Notes under the pieces: model-generated | What the model saw: the letters and a program-made list of their open reading frames with translations, nothing else | Databases searched by the model: none | What the model was told of the DNA's origin: nothing | Shown: piece after piece, positions 19,441 through 29,171 of the stretch | Layout: the number at the start of each line of letters is the position of its first letter | Numbering within the stretch: position 1 is the first letter of the stretch | Origin: a virus | Direction: 5' to 3' (one strand) | Virus record (IMG/VR): IMGVR_UViG_3300047160_005727 | Span: 77,144-141,143 of that record | Length of the DNA: 64,000 nucleotides | Program-made: the position numbers and the translations under genes

Positions 19441-21873
19441 ATGGCCTCGATCAACCCGGACTGGTACGCCGGCAACGCGACCCGAGCCTATCCGCTCGAT
19501 GACGCGGCGACCGCGCGCGACGATGCCGGGAAGGAGCTGCCGTCCCAGATCCTGGTCGACTGCCGGATCAAGTTCCCCTCGAACCTGGGGCAGTATGCCT
19601 ACGTCAGTGGCGTGACCGTCAGCCCGAACCTCGTCACGGTCATCATGTTGGCAACCTCCAATGCGGTTCGTATGCCCGGAGGTATACAACCCGTCAGCGC
19701 GCCTGACCAACCTCTGTGTGCTGTCTCACTGCCGATGCCGGTCGTACCCTACCGTCACTATCCGATCCAGCCGATGGCCGATGGCGTGGGAGGCTGGCTG
19801 GTATTCGGCCGCGGGATCGATGAGTCCTATTCGGGTCGGTTCAGTACGCCCGGGCAGACGATCTTGCTGCCACGCGTGGCTTCGGCCTACGATCCGCTGC
19901 CGATCCCGACCCTGGGCAAGCTCGGTGTGGATCCACCCCTGACTGGCGTGATCCAACTGCTGGGAGCTACCGATCTGGAGGTAGTGCAGGACACCCGCGA
20001 GATCCCCATCAACGGCACGCCGGTCATCGTCGACGCCATCATCATCCGCCTGGTCGACAGCTTGAACCGCAACGTCTTCAGCCTTTACACAGGTCCGTGC
20101 GGCGGCCGGCCCGAAAGCGACTCCTGCAACAAGCCGGCGGTCGAGTCGATCAACGGCGTCGTGCCTGACTGCGACGGCAACCTGACCATCAACTTCCAGG
20201 GTGTGAACGTCTACGACTATCTCAACGGCGGCGGGCAAGCTCTGGATCTTCCGCTGGGCATGGCCGAGGTCTGTCTGGGCCAGGACTATCTGCCCGACAA
20301 GGATGGGAACCTGCCCAGTGACTTTCCTGGCGACTGCCAGCCTGGGCCGCAGGGGCCGCAAGCACCGCCCGGTGGTGAGACGCCGCCTATTGTTCTGCCG
20401 CCGGGCTGCTTCCCGATCCCGTTCTGCGAGAGCTTCGACGAGCCCACGGTGCCGACGACATGGGTCGTGCCATTTGGCCCGTTCAACCTGGACGCTGACG
20501 ACTCGCCGGTCGAGCCCTGCGGTCTGACGTCTCCGGGTGGTACACCGATCAACCAGAGCTACGCCACCACACCAACACAGCTGAATGCGTCGGTCTGGAA
20601 CTGCGTCTACAGCGTGCGGCCTGACAGTACATCGCCCTTGCGCTGCACGGTGCACCTCAAGCTGATGCCCGGTACCAATGTCAACGGCGGCATCATCTGG
20701 AACTACTTTCTGGCTGATCCCTGGGAAACTCCCCCGTCAATGACCTTCCTGTGGGTCGGGATCGATATGAGCCGGAACGCCCTGGGGATCGGCATCTTTA
20801 ACGGCACCACTGTAGTGATGTCCGAGTGGGTCACGTTCCCGACAGGCAACGTGCCCAAGGTCGGCGAATGGTACGAGCTGAGTGTCTATGCTCTCGCTGA
20901 TCCTGAGTTCTGGGCCCCACCCTACAACCTGTACCAGCAGTACATCACCCTGAGCGGGGTCACGGATACGGCGTTCCAGAAGATGACGCCGATGTTCAAG
21001 TTCGCGATGAACTCTTACGGCGGACTGGCCGGAGTCGGAGCGAACAACGCGCATACCCGGTTCAGCTGGTTCAAGCTCGAGTACATCGACGCACCGCTGG
21101 GCTGTGTTCCGCTGCCTTACTACGACACTTTCGACGGCACGATCCCGACAGCATGGATAGCTGAGTTCGGAACCTGGGTGGTCGAGAACGATGACTCGCC
21201 GGACGAGCTTTACGGACTGAGCGCTCCAGGATCCGGCGTACCGCCGGGTGTGCAGGCCGGCTTCATCGAGACACCGCCGTTCCATCGTGGGGCCAGGACC
21301 GAGGCAACACCCGCTACCGTCCCCATCAACCGGAGCTATACCGCCATCGATCAGTCGATGCGCAACGTGTCGATATGGGACTGCGGGTACGACTGCCGGG
21401 ACGGGCTGTTCATATCGACCGCTTTCAAGATGATGCCTGGCAGCCAGATCAATGGTGGCATTGTCTTCAACTGGCTCGACAACAACCCGGACTTCAAGCG
21501 GCCGACCTACATGATGGCCACACTGGACCTCACCGGTAACCGCATAGGGATCTATTACTACTACGGTGCTACGGCCACGATGAGCGAGTGGGTGAACCTG
21601 GAGAGCAACGTGCCCAAGGCTGGCGAGTGGTACCACATGAAGGTCCAGCTCTACCCCGACGCCGCGAATGGCGGCGCGCCCTTCTGGCTGTACCACGTCA
21701 TCGTGACCGTTACTGGCGTTACGGATACAGCCTTCAAGGCGGTGTCGACTGACTTCCCGCAGGACCTTGCCTATCCCGGCAGTAAGGTCGGCCTCGGGAC
21801 GACCTACGGTCATACCCGGTTCAGCTGGTTCCGGGTGGCGAGTACTGACGAACCACCACCGGGGACACCCTAA
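19441..21873 (+). CDS. Tail-fibre-type protein, paralog 3, with two tandem lectin-like beta domains (candidate receptor-binding protein)
   Basis: 'NATRAYPL', 'VESINGVVPDCDGNLTI'; internal duplication about 20407-21090 and 21103-21840. Confidence 0.65.
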   Translation: MASINPDWYAGNATRAYPLDDAATARDDAGKELPSQILVDCRIKFPSNLGQYAYVSGVTVSPNLVTVIMLATSNAVRMPGGIQPVSAPDQPLCAVSLPMPVVPYRHYPIQPMADGVGGWLVFGRGIDESYSGRFSTPGQTILLPRVASAYDPLPIPTLGKLGVDPPLTGVIQLLGATDLEVVQDTREIPINGTPVIVDAIIIRLVDSLNRNVFSLYTGPCGGRPESDSCNKPAVESINGVVPDCDGNLTINFQGVNVYDYLNGGGQALDLPLGMAEVCLGQDYLPDKDGNLPSDFPGDCQPGPQGPQAPPGGETPPIVLPPGCFPIPFCESFDEPTVPTTWVVPFGPFNLDADDSPVEPCGLTSPGGTPINQSYATTPTQLNASVWNCVYSVRPDSTSPLRCTVHLKLMPGTNVNGGIIWNYFLADPWETPPSMTFLWVGIDMSRNALGIGIFNGTTVVMSEWVTFPTGNVPKVGEWYELSVYALADPEFWAPPYNLYQQYITLSGVTDTAFQKMTPMFKFAMNSYGGLAGVGANNAHTRFSWFKLEYIDAPLGCVPLPYYDTFDGTIPTAWIAEFGTWVVENDDSPDELYGLSAPGSGVPPGVQAGFIETPPFHRGARTEATPATVPINRSYTAIDQSMRNVSIWDCGYDCRDGLFISTAFKMMPGSQINGGIVFNWLDNNPDFKRPTYMMATLDLTGNRIGIYYYYGATATMSEWVNLESNVPKAGEWYHMKVQLYPDAANGGAPFWLYHVIVTVTGVTDTAFKAVSTDFPQDLAYPGSKVGLGTTYGHTRFSWFRVASTDEPPPGTP

Positions 21874-22637
21874 TGAGGATCATCCATCCGGAATATCGCA
21901 ACGAGCATCAGAACACGAACTACCCGTTCGCGGACACGGCCACCTTGCTCAGCCGCGACAAGATCGCCTTGTCCCAGGGCATGTTCATCGATGCTTCGAT
22001 CTTCCCGATCGGTGGCGGGCCACGGCCATACATCTCGTCGCTTCAGGTCGGCAACCGGCTCGTCACGATCTGGATCGGCGATACCTCGAACAGCCAGCTC
22101 GCCGCGGGCTCGTTCGATCCGCTGGCACCGCCCGACATGATCGGCCTGGTTGACGTGTACGGCCGGCCCGCTGGGCTGTTCGTGACCGATCCCATCCAGC
22201 TGGCGGCCGCCCAGTCCTGGTCTTCGGGTACGCACACGTTCGACATCGGGACCACCGAGTTCGCCGCCAGCTGCACGATCTCCACGCCGGAGCCGGGCGT
22301 GCGCGGCCTGATCGCTGCGCAAGGGCTTCTGCTCACTGGCGACGCCTGGCTCGTCGGCGAAGACGGCGTGGTGCTCAGCGTCGACCCAGACGATGGCTCC
22401 AACATCGTGGTCGACGTGGTGGGTGATCCGCTCTACGCGCGCCGGCAGTGTGCACCGGCGGGCCTGTTCAACACCCCGCGGTTCATCAAGACGATCAACG
22501 GCGTGCTGCCTGATGCCGAGGGCAACTTCCAGTTTTCAGTCGCTACGCTCACCGCCAGTGATACGATCCTGCGCATTATTCCTGAGCCACCCGATACGCT
22601 GCGTATTAGCCTGGTGGGTAAGTCGGTTCAAGGTTGA
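21873..22637 (+). CDS. Tail-fibre-type protein, paralog 4
   Basis: 'HQNTNYPF', 'IKTINGVLPDAEGNFQF'; TAATG coupling. Confidence 0.6.
   Translation: MRIIHPEYRNEHQNTNYPFADTATLLSRDKIALSQGMFIDASIFPIGGGPRPYISSLQVGNRLVTIWIGDTSNSQLAAGSFDPLAPPDMIGLVDVYGRPAGLFVTDPIQLAAAQSWSSGTHTFDIGTTEFAASCTISTPEPGVRGLIAAQGLLLTGDAWLVGEDGVVLSVDPDDGSNIVVDVVGDPLYARRQCAPAGLFNTPRFIKTINGVLPDAEGNFQFSVATLTASDTILRIIPEPPDTLRISLVGKSVQG
22593..22607. promoter_or_regulatory. 15-bp palindrome, copy 2
   Basis: GATACGCTGCGTATT. Confidence 0.6.
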
Positions 22638-22646
22638 GAGAGTCAG

Positions 22647-24099
22647 ATGCCGCTACCAGGGTTTTACAATGACAACGGAGCGCGGTCCTACCCGCTGGTG
22701 CCGTGGTCCAATGCGCTTCTGGGTGTGCCGGTGGTACCGCTTGCAACGCAGATCAGCAACTGGAACGCCACCAACGTGACTGTTACCCCAGGGCAGTGGG
22801 AAACCGAGAGCGGTGCAGGACGGGGCGGCGGTTACTGGCTGAGTACGTCGCCGTCGACAGGCGGATCAGGGAGCGTCATCTGGCAGTTCGCTGTGGTTCC
22901 AGGCCGGCAGTACCAGGTCGCGGCGACATGGCCTGGCGACCCGAAGCAGGCGAGTAACGCCCGCTTCACCATCATGGAGACCGAGGGCGAGGGCCAGGGC
23001 TACTTCCCGCTGGCGGAAGTTCGAGTTGACCAGCGGGTCGTACCGTCCCAGATCACGGATGCTGACAACGTCGGCTGGCTTGTCCTGGGGAACGTCACAC
23101 CGATCCGCACCACCCTGCTCGTCGCCGTCAACGACGACTCCGACTTCCCGGCAGTGGGCGATGCGGTCTGGGTCGAGGACATCACGCCGCCCGATCTCTC
23201 TACCCCGGTCATGATCATGCCGCCCATGAGCACCCTGCTCGACTTTGGCTGCATGGTCGGTCTTGACGCCGAGTTTGATAGTAGCATGCATGTAGTATAT
23301 CTGCATGGTATCATGCGTATCGGTGACAGGTTCTGGTTCGACTTCCGCTCGGATGCTCCTGGGCTACTGGGTCATGCATTGATATTCACCCGTACACTAG
23401 GTGACGTCGAATACACGACCGACTACGTCGAGGCGTCGCCGCTGAGTGCCCCAGCAGAGCCTTTGGATGCCCCGCAGGGCTCCCAGGGTTTGCTCTGGCA
23501 AGGCTTCCTGGTTACCGGCCTATTGGACGACCTTGCGGCCGTGATGCCCACAGACGGGGCTATGACAGCCACCACAGGCCCGCAAGTCGAGCCGGCACTG
23601 GTTCAGAACCTGGGACGTAGCTACGTCCGGACGATCAACCTGGCGAACCAGGACCGCACCCATGCAACACCCCCGGCTGGCTGCCCCGGCAGCGACGACA
23701 CAGGTGCCGACTACCCCTACGTCATCGCCGCTACCAACCTGACGGGTGATCTCCGGTTCCGGGAGGGCTACAACGTCGCGATCCGGCAGAGCGCGCGGAA
23801 CAACTCCCTGACCTTCCTGTCGGTCCAAGGCGCTGGCGCTGGCGCCCCCTGCAATGAAGTGCCGGTCTATCCCGGCGAGCAGCCCCCGAGCGACAGCAGC
23901 CTGCTCACGGGCGGGCCAGCCTGCGACGAGGTTGTCAACAGCATCAACGGGCTGGCGTCCAACCTGATCTACCTCGCGGCCGGGCTAGGTGTGCTGATCA
24001 CTATCCCGTCTGACGCCGCGAACACGCTCACGGTCGACATGAACCGCCACGACATGACGGTCTGCGGCCCAGTCCAGGTTGTATTCGAGGAGCTGCCTG

Positions 24100-24107
<8 letters not shown>
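22647..24107 (+). CDS. Tail-fibre-type protein, paralog 5, with inserted golvesin/xanthan-lyase CBD-like domain
   Basis: 'NGARSYPL', 'VNSING'; insert 'YQVAATW...ASNARFTI...VDQ...WLVLG...VGDAVWV'. Confidence 0.6.
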
Positions 24108-25127
<1,020 letters not shown>

Positions 25128-25131
<4 letters not shown>

Positions 25132-25165
25132 AGATCTGGTAGAAGCATGTCATACATCGGTAGAG
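25128..25165 (+). promoter_or_regulatory. Putative phage promoter motif, copy 1
   Basis: CTGAA-N16-GTCATACATCGGTAGAG followed by a hairpin. Confidence 0.55.
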
Positions 25166-25252
25166 GCCGTCCCCGGCCTTTACTGACCGATCCACAAAGG
25201 AGACTGACCATGGACGACCCTCATGGGATGATGTCCATCAGCAACCGGGAGG

Positions 25253-25801
25253 ATGCCGATGGCGAAACCCAGACCGACCATTGCTGACCTGCCTTTCAAG
25301 CGCATGTCCAGATACGACCACGACCAGTGGCGTCTGAGACGCATTCACGTGGCCGATACGTATACCTTGTTCGAGATGCTACTCCTCGGGATCTGTCTTC
25401 TCGAAGACAAGATCAAGAGCGGTAGAGGTATCAGCATACGTTCAGTTTATCGCTTGGCCAACGTGCTTCGCATGCTGGACTACGTTACTGGTTGGCCCAG
25501 TGGTAGGCTCAGCCGCCGGTACCGCCGGCGCGCTGAGAAGATCATCGACGGAGCACTGTTTGGAGATCTTGTTACGAAAGGAAACAGAGTTACAGTGAGA
25601 AAACACTACCGCAACGGTAACCCGATCGGCTTGATCCATTGCGGTTGTGATGACTGCAACCCGAGCATGATCAACGGGAAGCTCAGCCACGAGCGTGGCT
25701 GCCGCGATGCCTGGCGGGACTACAAGCGCAAGTGCACTGTTTGCAGGGCGGAATTCTATCCGCCTGATCAGGACGAAAGAAACTGTCATCGACATCGTTG
25801 A
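25253..25801 (+). CDS. Hypothetical protein with Cys/His-rich (Zn-binding) C-terminus
   Basis: GGAGG near start; CGCDDC, HERGC, CTVC...C. Confidence 0.55.
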   Translation: MPMAKPRPTIADLPFKRMSRYDHDQWRLRRIHVADTYTLFEMLLLGICLLEDKIKSGRGISIRSVYRLANVLRMLDYVTGWPSGRLSRRYRRRAEKIIDGALFGDLVTKGNRVTVRKHYRNGNPIGLIHCGCDDCNPSMINGKLSHERGCRDAWRDYKRKCTVCRAEFYPPDQDERNCHRHR

Positions 25802-25806
25802 ATGCT

Positions 25807-25838
25807 GGTCGTCCCGTGTGGGGCGGCCTTTCTTTTTT
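25807..25838 (+). terminator. Intrinsic terminator
   Basis: GGTCGTCCC-gtgt-GGGGCGGCC followed by TTTCTTTTTT. Confidence 0.8.
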
Positions 25839-25853
25839 AACTAAGGAGTGCGT

Positions 25854-26333
25854 ATGGCGAAACGCAGAAAAGTTCCGGAGGAACCCGTCGAAGATGTGAA
25901 GGAACGCATCGAAGTATTGTTCAGCGTCGAGGTAAAGAAGAACTTCTGGACGGGGAGATACCCCAAGTCGGAATACATCTACGCTGTTCAAGATGGTTGC
26001 GGAGGGACTTTCGACTTCGAGAAGAAGATATTCGTGCCGCCAAAGGAAGAGCCAGCACTAGGGCCCTGTGAGCCGAAGAAGAAACTTCTGCCACAGAAAC
26101 CGTTTGCTGAACCGATAAGCCTGAAGGATCGTGTGCAATGGGGAGGCACGATAACCCGGTCTGCGACCATCTTTTTTGTGGGTTATGCCAACCGGCTCTA
26201 CACTTTCAAACTCTACAGCGTCGCGCAGGCTGTGGAAGTCATGTGCCGCACAATGGTCTGTGGCTATCCAGACGGAGTGCCTCCCGACATTTACGGCGAC
26301 GGTCTCGGTAATATCCACGTCAGCTCTAACTAA
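25854..26333 (+). CDS. Hypothetical protein
   Basis: AAGGAG RBS, ATG 25854. Confidence 0.65.
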   Translation: MAKRRKVPEEPVEDVKERIEVLFSVEVKKNFWTGRYPKSEYIYAVQDGCGGTFDFEKKIFVPPKEEPALGPCEPKKKLLPQKPFAEPISLKDRVQWGGTITRSATIFFVGYANRLYTFKLYSVAQAVEVMCRTMVCGYPDGVPPDIYGDGLGNIHVSSN

Positions 26334-26337
26334 GTGG

Positions 26338-26378
26338 GTGGTCGCCCCGCGAGGGGCGGCCACTTCCCCTTTTTCTTA
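26338..26378 (+). terminator. Intrinsic terminator
   Basis: GTGGTCGCCCC-gcga-GGGGCGGCCAC followed by a pyrimidine/T tract. Confidence 0.7.
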
Positions 26379-26393
26379 GGCTATAGGACTGTC

Positions 26394-26624
26394 ATGAAAG
26401 ACATGAATGGTAATTCATCCCGGGACCAGCACTGCTTCTGGTTGTTCCTGCTGCACTTCATCGTCGGCGCCAGCAGCTTTGGCTTCTGGTGTGACTCTCC
26501 TACCGATGTCAACCTCTGCTGGATGATCTACTGCAATGTGATGGCGATCATGATCCTCATCTACCAGGCGGTGTCGCGTGCCGCGGCAAAGCGACAGGCG
26601 AAAGAAGACGAAGCCTTCTTCTGA
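26394..26624 (+). CDS. Small two-TM membrane protein
   Basis: AGGA RBS; two hydrophobic segments. Confidence 0.5.
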   Translation: MKDMNGNSSRDQHCFWLFLLHFIVGASSFGFWCDSPTDVNLCWMIYCNVMAIMILIYQAVSRAAAKRQAKEDEAFF

Positions 26625-26678
26625 GCCGGCTCGTCCGCTATGCTGACAGGCGGAAATACTGGCATGGAGGACCACAGG

Positions 26679-27194
26679 ATGCGCGCCAAGACAGCTGACA
26701 CGAAAGATATCACCGAAGTCGCGGTTTCCCACGATACCACCACGGTCATCAGCGCCTCGGGTATACGCTCGATCACACTTGTGCCCACGTTCCAGCGCGG
26801 CTACGTGCCCAATGTGATCGACGGCTTCCGGTTCACGCTCCAGGTCACTGGGGCGATCCAGATGCCGACCAAGATCTTCCGCTACCGGCTCGTGCCCACC
26901 CAGGTGAAAGCCACCACCAGCGAGCCGCCGACCGCCGTCGAACTCAAGGGTGCGTTTGATGGCGTCTGTAGCCCGGCCGATCTCGAGGACTTCCCCGAGG
27001 ACTGGCCGGCCCAGAATGCCCGGCCGTCCTGGTACCGGCTCGACATGGTGGATCTCATCGTGCGCAGCCGATCGATCGCCGACGAAGCATACAAGGCGAT
27101 CATCTACGAGATCGAGCGGCTGATCGATACGCTCAACACCATGGATCAACAGGATGTAGCAGCCACGATCACCATCGGACCGGAGGTACCATGA
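26679..27194 (+). CDS. Hypothetical protein (start 26664 or 26679)
   Basis: GGAGGA RBS; coupled to next gene. Confidence 0.65.
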   Translation: MRAKTADTKDITEVAVSHDTTTVISASGIRSITLVPTFQRGYVPNVIDGFRFTLQVTGAIQMPTKIFRYRLVPTQVKATTSEPPTAVELKGAFDGVCSPADLEDFPEDWPAQNARPSWYRLDMVDLIVRSRSIADEAYKAIIYEIERLIDTLNTMDQQDVAATITIGPEVP

Positions 27195-27502
27195 TCGCCA
27201 GCAATACGCTGCGTAACATTATCACGATCGAGAACAGCACGATCGACGCCCTGGTCGTCAACGTGGCGTTCCAGCGTGAGTTTCCCTTCCTGGCTGGCCT
27301 GGTTCAGCCCAAGAAGACCAGTCGCTGCGGGCGTTGCCGCAAGAAGCAGCGGGCAACCCTGACCGAATACCGGAATTTCAAGAACGCCGTGGCGTCCATG
27401 ATCCCCCAGGACAAGATACGCTTCAAGCAATTCATGGGCTGCAAACAGGTTAGGGTAGTTCACGTCAACCCCGCCAACAAGGTCGTCGACCGGACTTTCT
27501 AG
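27191..27502 (+). CDS. Small basic hypothetical protein with CGRC motif
   Basis: GGAGGT RBS, ATGA overlap. Confidence 0.65.
   Translation: MIASNTLRNIITIENSTIDALVVNVAFQREFPFLAGLVQPKKTSRCGRCRKKQRATLTEYRNFKNAVASMIPQDKIRFKQFMGCKQVRVVHVNPANKVVDRTF
27203..27217. promoter_or_regulatory. 15-bp palindrome, copy 3
   Basis: AATACGCTGCGTAAC. Confidence 0.6.
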
Positions 27503-27506
27503 CACC

Positions 27507-27544
27507 CTAAACTGCGTCCGCGTTCATGTCATACATCATTGGAG
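27507..27544 (+). promoter_or_regulatory. Putative phage promoter motif, copy 2
   Basis: CTAAA-N16-GTCATACATCATTGGAG. Confidence 0.65.
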
Positions 27545-27678
27545 CCACTTAGGTGGCGATCCATCGGCCCGTGCGTTAGAGTACGGAAGCTACCATGAGG
27601 TCCGGGCCGGAACGAAGCACGTTGCTACACGGGTATCACTAGGTACCCGACCCCGTGGCTGCGGCCACGGGTGTTTTT
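27540..27678 (+). ncRNA. Candidate structured small RNA or attenuator leader
   Basis: Lies between a promoter motif and a terminator-like hairpin (27652-27678); several hairpins; no credible ORF. Confidence 0.35.
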
Positions 27679-27765
27679 ACTGTGCAGTTGCGCAGGAAGC
27701 GCTCGTGCCGGGACCTCGTCGTGTTCGAGACGGGTTCTATCCAGTTTTTAGCATGGAGCATCTGC

Positions 27766-28461
27766 ATGAAGCGACGTTTCTTCTGCACTGCGCTGGCGAT
27801 GTTGGCCGCGACTGTCATCGGCATGGGATCGGTGCAAGCCGGTACCGTTGTCATGACGGACTCGGGCAACATCGGCCAGTTCAGGGCAACCAACATGGGA
27901 GTGAGTGGGGGGACGGCAACGGTCGTCTTTGATATCCCCAACTTCACCTCCCAGTTGAACACGGTCAACGGGTTGTTCCTGGCAACACCCGAGCAGACCG
28001 CTGTTCCTGGGCCGGTCACACTGCTCGTGACCTCGACAGGGCCGGAGACCTACAACCTCAGCCTTGTGCCCTCGACGTATGAGCAGACGATCGGAGCGAC
28101 CCCTGCGACCCAGGCCATTCTGGACTTCACCCTTACCAAGGGTGTAGCTCCGGATGTGTTGCCCAACTTTTTCAACATGTCAGGGGCTATCACAAGTCTG
28201 GTCACCAACAGCAACCCCAACCTCGACTTCTCGAAGTTCGAGCCGGGCGGGTTCCAGAATGTCACCCTGACCGCCACGTCGTTCCAGAACGCGGCGAGCT
28301 TCGCGGGTTTCCTTGCCACTCCTGGCGCTGTCGCTGTGGGGAACGGCTCGTTCAGCCAGTCGGCTGTGCCCGAACCGGCCTCAGCGGCCTTGTTGGGTAT
28401 TGGCCTCAGCGGGATATTCGCATTGCAGCGACTGTTCCGTAGATCAGCTTGCAAGGCGTAG
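27766..28461 (+). CDS. PEP-CTERM sorting domain protein
   Basis: Signal peptide 'MKRRFFCTALAMLAA...VQA'; Thr/Ser/Asn-rich body; 'VPEPAS', TM helix, basic tail 'RLFRR'. Confidence 0.9.
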   Translation: MKRRFFCTALAMLAATVIGMGSVQAGTVVMTDSGNIGQFRATNMGVSGGTATVVFDIPNFTSQLNTVNGLFLATPEQTAVPGPVTLLVTSTGPETYNLSLVPSTYEQTIGATPATQAILDFTLTKGVAPDVLPNFFNMSGAITSLVTNSNPNLDFSKFEPGGFQNVTLTATSFQNAASFAGFLATPGAVAVGNGSFSQSAVPEPASAALLGIGLSGIFALQRLFRRSACKA

Positions 28462-28491
28462 GGTTATCGCTAGTCACGGTAACCTCACTGA

Positions 28492-28528
28492 GCAGCCCGG
28501 TCTGGCTTCGGTCAGGCCGGGCTGTTTT
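28492..28528 (+). terminator. Intrinsic terminator
   Basis: 15-bp stem with TTCG loop followed by T tract. Confidence 0.85.
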
Positions 28529-28533
28529 ATGCG

Positions 28534-28571
28534 CTAAACTTCGGGCCTTTTCTGGTCATATACAAGTGGAC
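28534..28571 (+). promoter_or_regulatory. Putative phage promoter motif, copy 3
   Basis: CTAAA-N16-GTCATATACAAGTGGAC, immediately after a terminator. Confidence 0.65.
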
Positions 28572-28623
28572 CCCGCCTATGTCGGGCGGGCCACGTTGTA
28601 AGACCGATACGGAGATCCGGACA

Positions 28624-28932
28624 ATGATGGAGTATCACTGTCTGAACGTCAGCAAGGACGTCTACAAGCTCGAACTGTTACCCAGAGGTTGCGGCCTCTG
28701 TGAACGGTGCGGTGATCAGGAGGCTGAACGCCATGTTCAGTCAGTGATCGCCGGCGAGCAGTTTGATGAGCAGCTCTGCGACATGTGCGCAGATAAGGCC
28801 ATCAAATGGAAGCCGGAGGTTGAACCGGTTCCACGGCAACGACCAGCTGCGACCAACGTCTCCTCCCGTGTTCTCGAACGGGCAAGACGTACCGCAGACT
28901 ACCGTGGTTCCTGGCGAAGCCTCGTCCGCTGA
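28624..28932 (+). CDS. Small Zn-finger protein
   Basis: CERC...H...LCDMC; GGAG RBS. Confidence 0.6.
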   Translation: MMEYHCLNVSKDVYKLELLPRGCGLCERCGDQEAERHVQSVIAGEQFDEQLCDMCADKAIKWKPEVEPVPRQRPAATNVSSRVLERARRTADYRGSWRSLVR

Positions 28933-29171
28933 CCGACCCACGCGGCCGTCCGCGCCGTAGCTCACTAGCACCTTGTCTGGTGCGTGGTGCGCGCTGGCGG
29001 CTCGCGTTCCTTCCGCATACCGACCAAGAGTGACAAGACAACCCCGAGCCAGGGGCCGTCACTCCTCACTCCTTCTTGGTCGGTCGGTAGTGCAGTTTCA
29101 GAGTGACGGTCCCGAACTTCAAAGACCGACCAGTTCGTTTTGTTTTTTCTCAACCGAAAGGAAGACCGACC

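Noticed and set aside
18367-21813. Long minus-strand ORFs (18367-19710, 19726-20655, 20737-21813) and similar ones elsewhere
   Set aside because: Antisense shadows of GC-rich + strand genes, with no recognisable motifs
20407-21840. Diversity-generating retroelement TR/VR pair
   Set aside because: Both copies are coding, differences are not adenine-specific, and no reverse transcriptase is in the window
27570-27621. Hammerhead-like three-way junction
   Set aside because: Core reads CCAUGA/GAAG rather than CUGANGA/GAAA; kept only as a generic structured RNA
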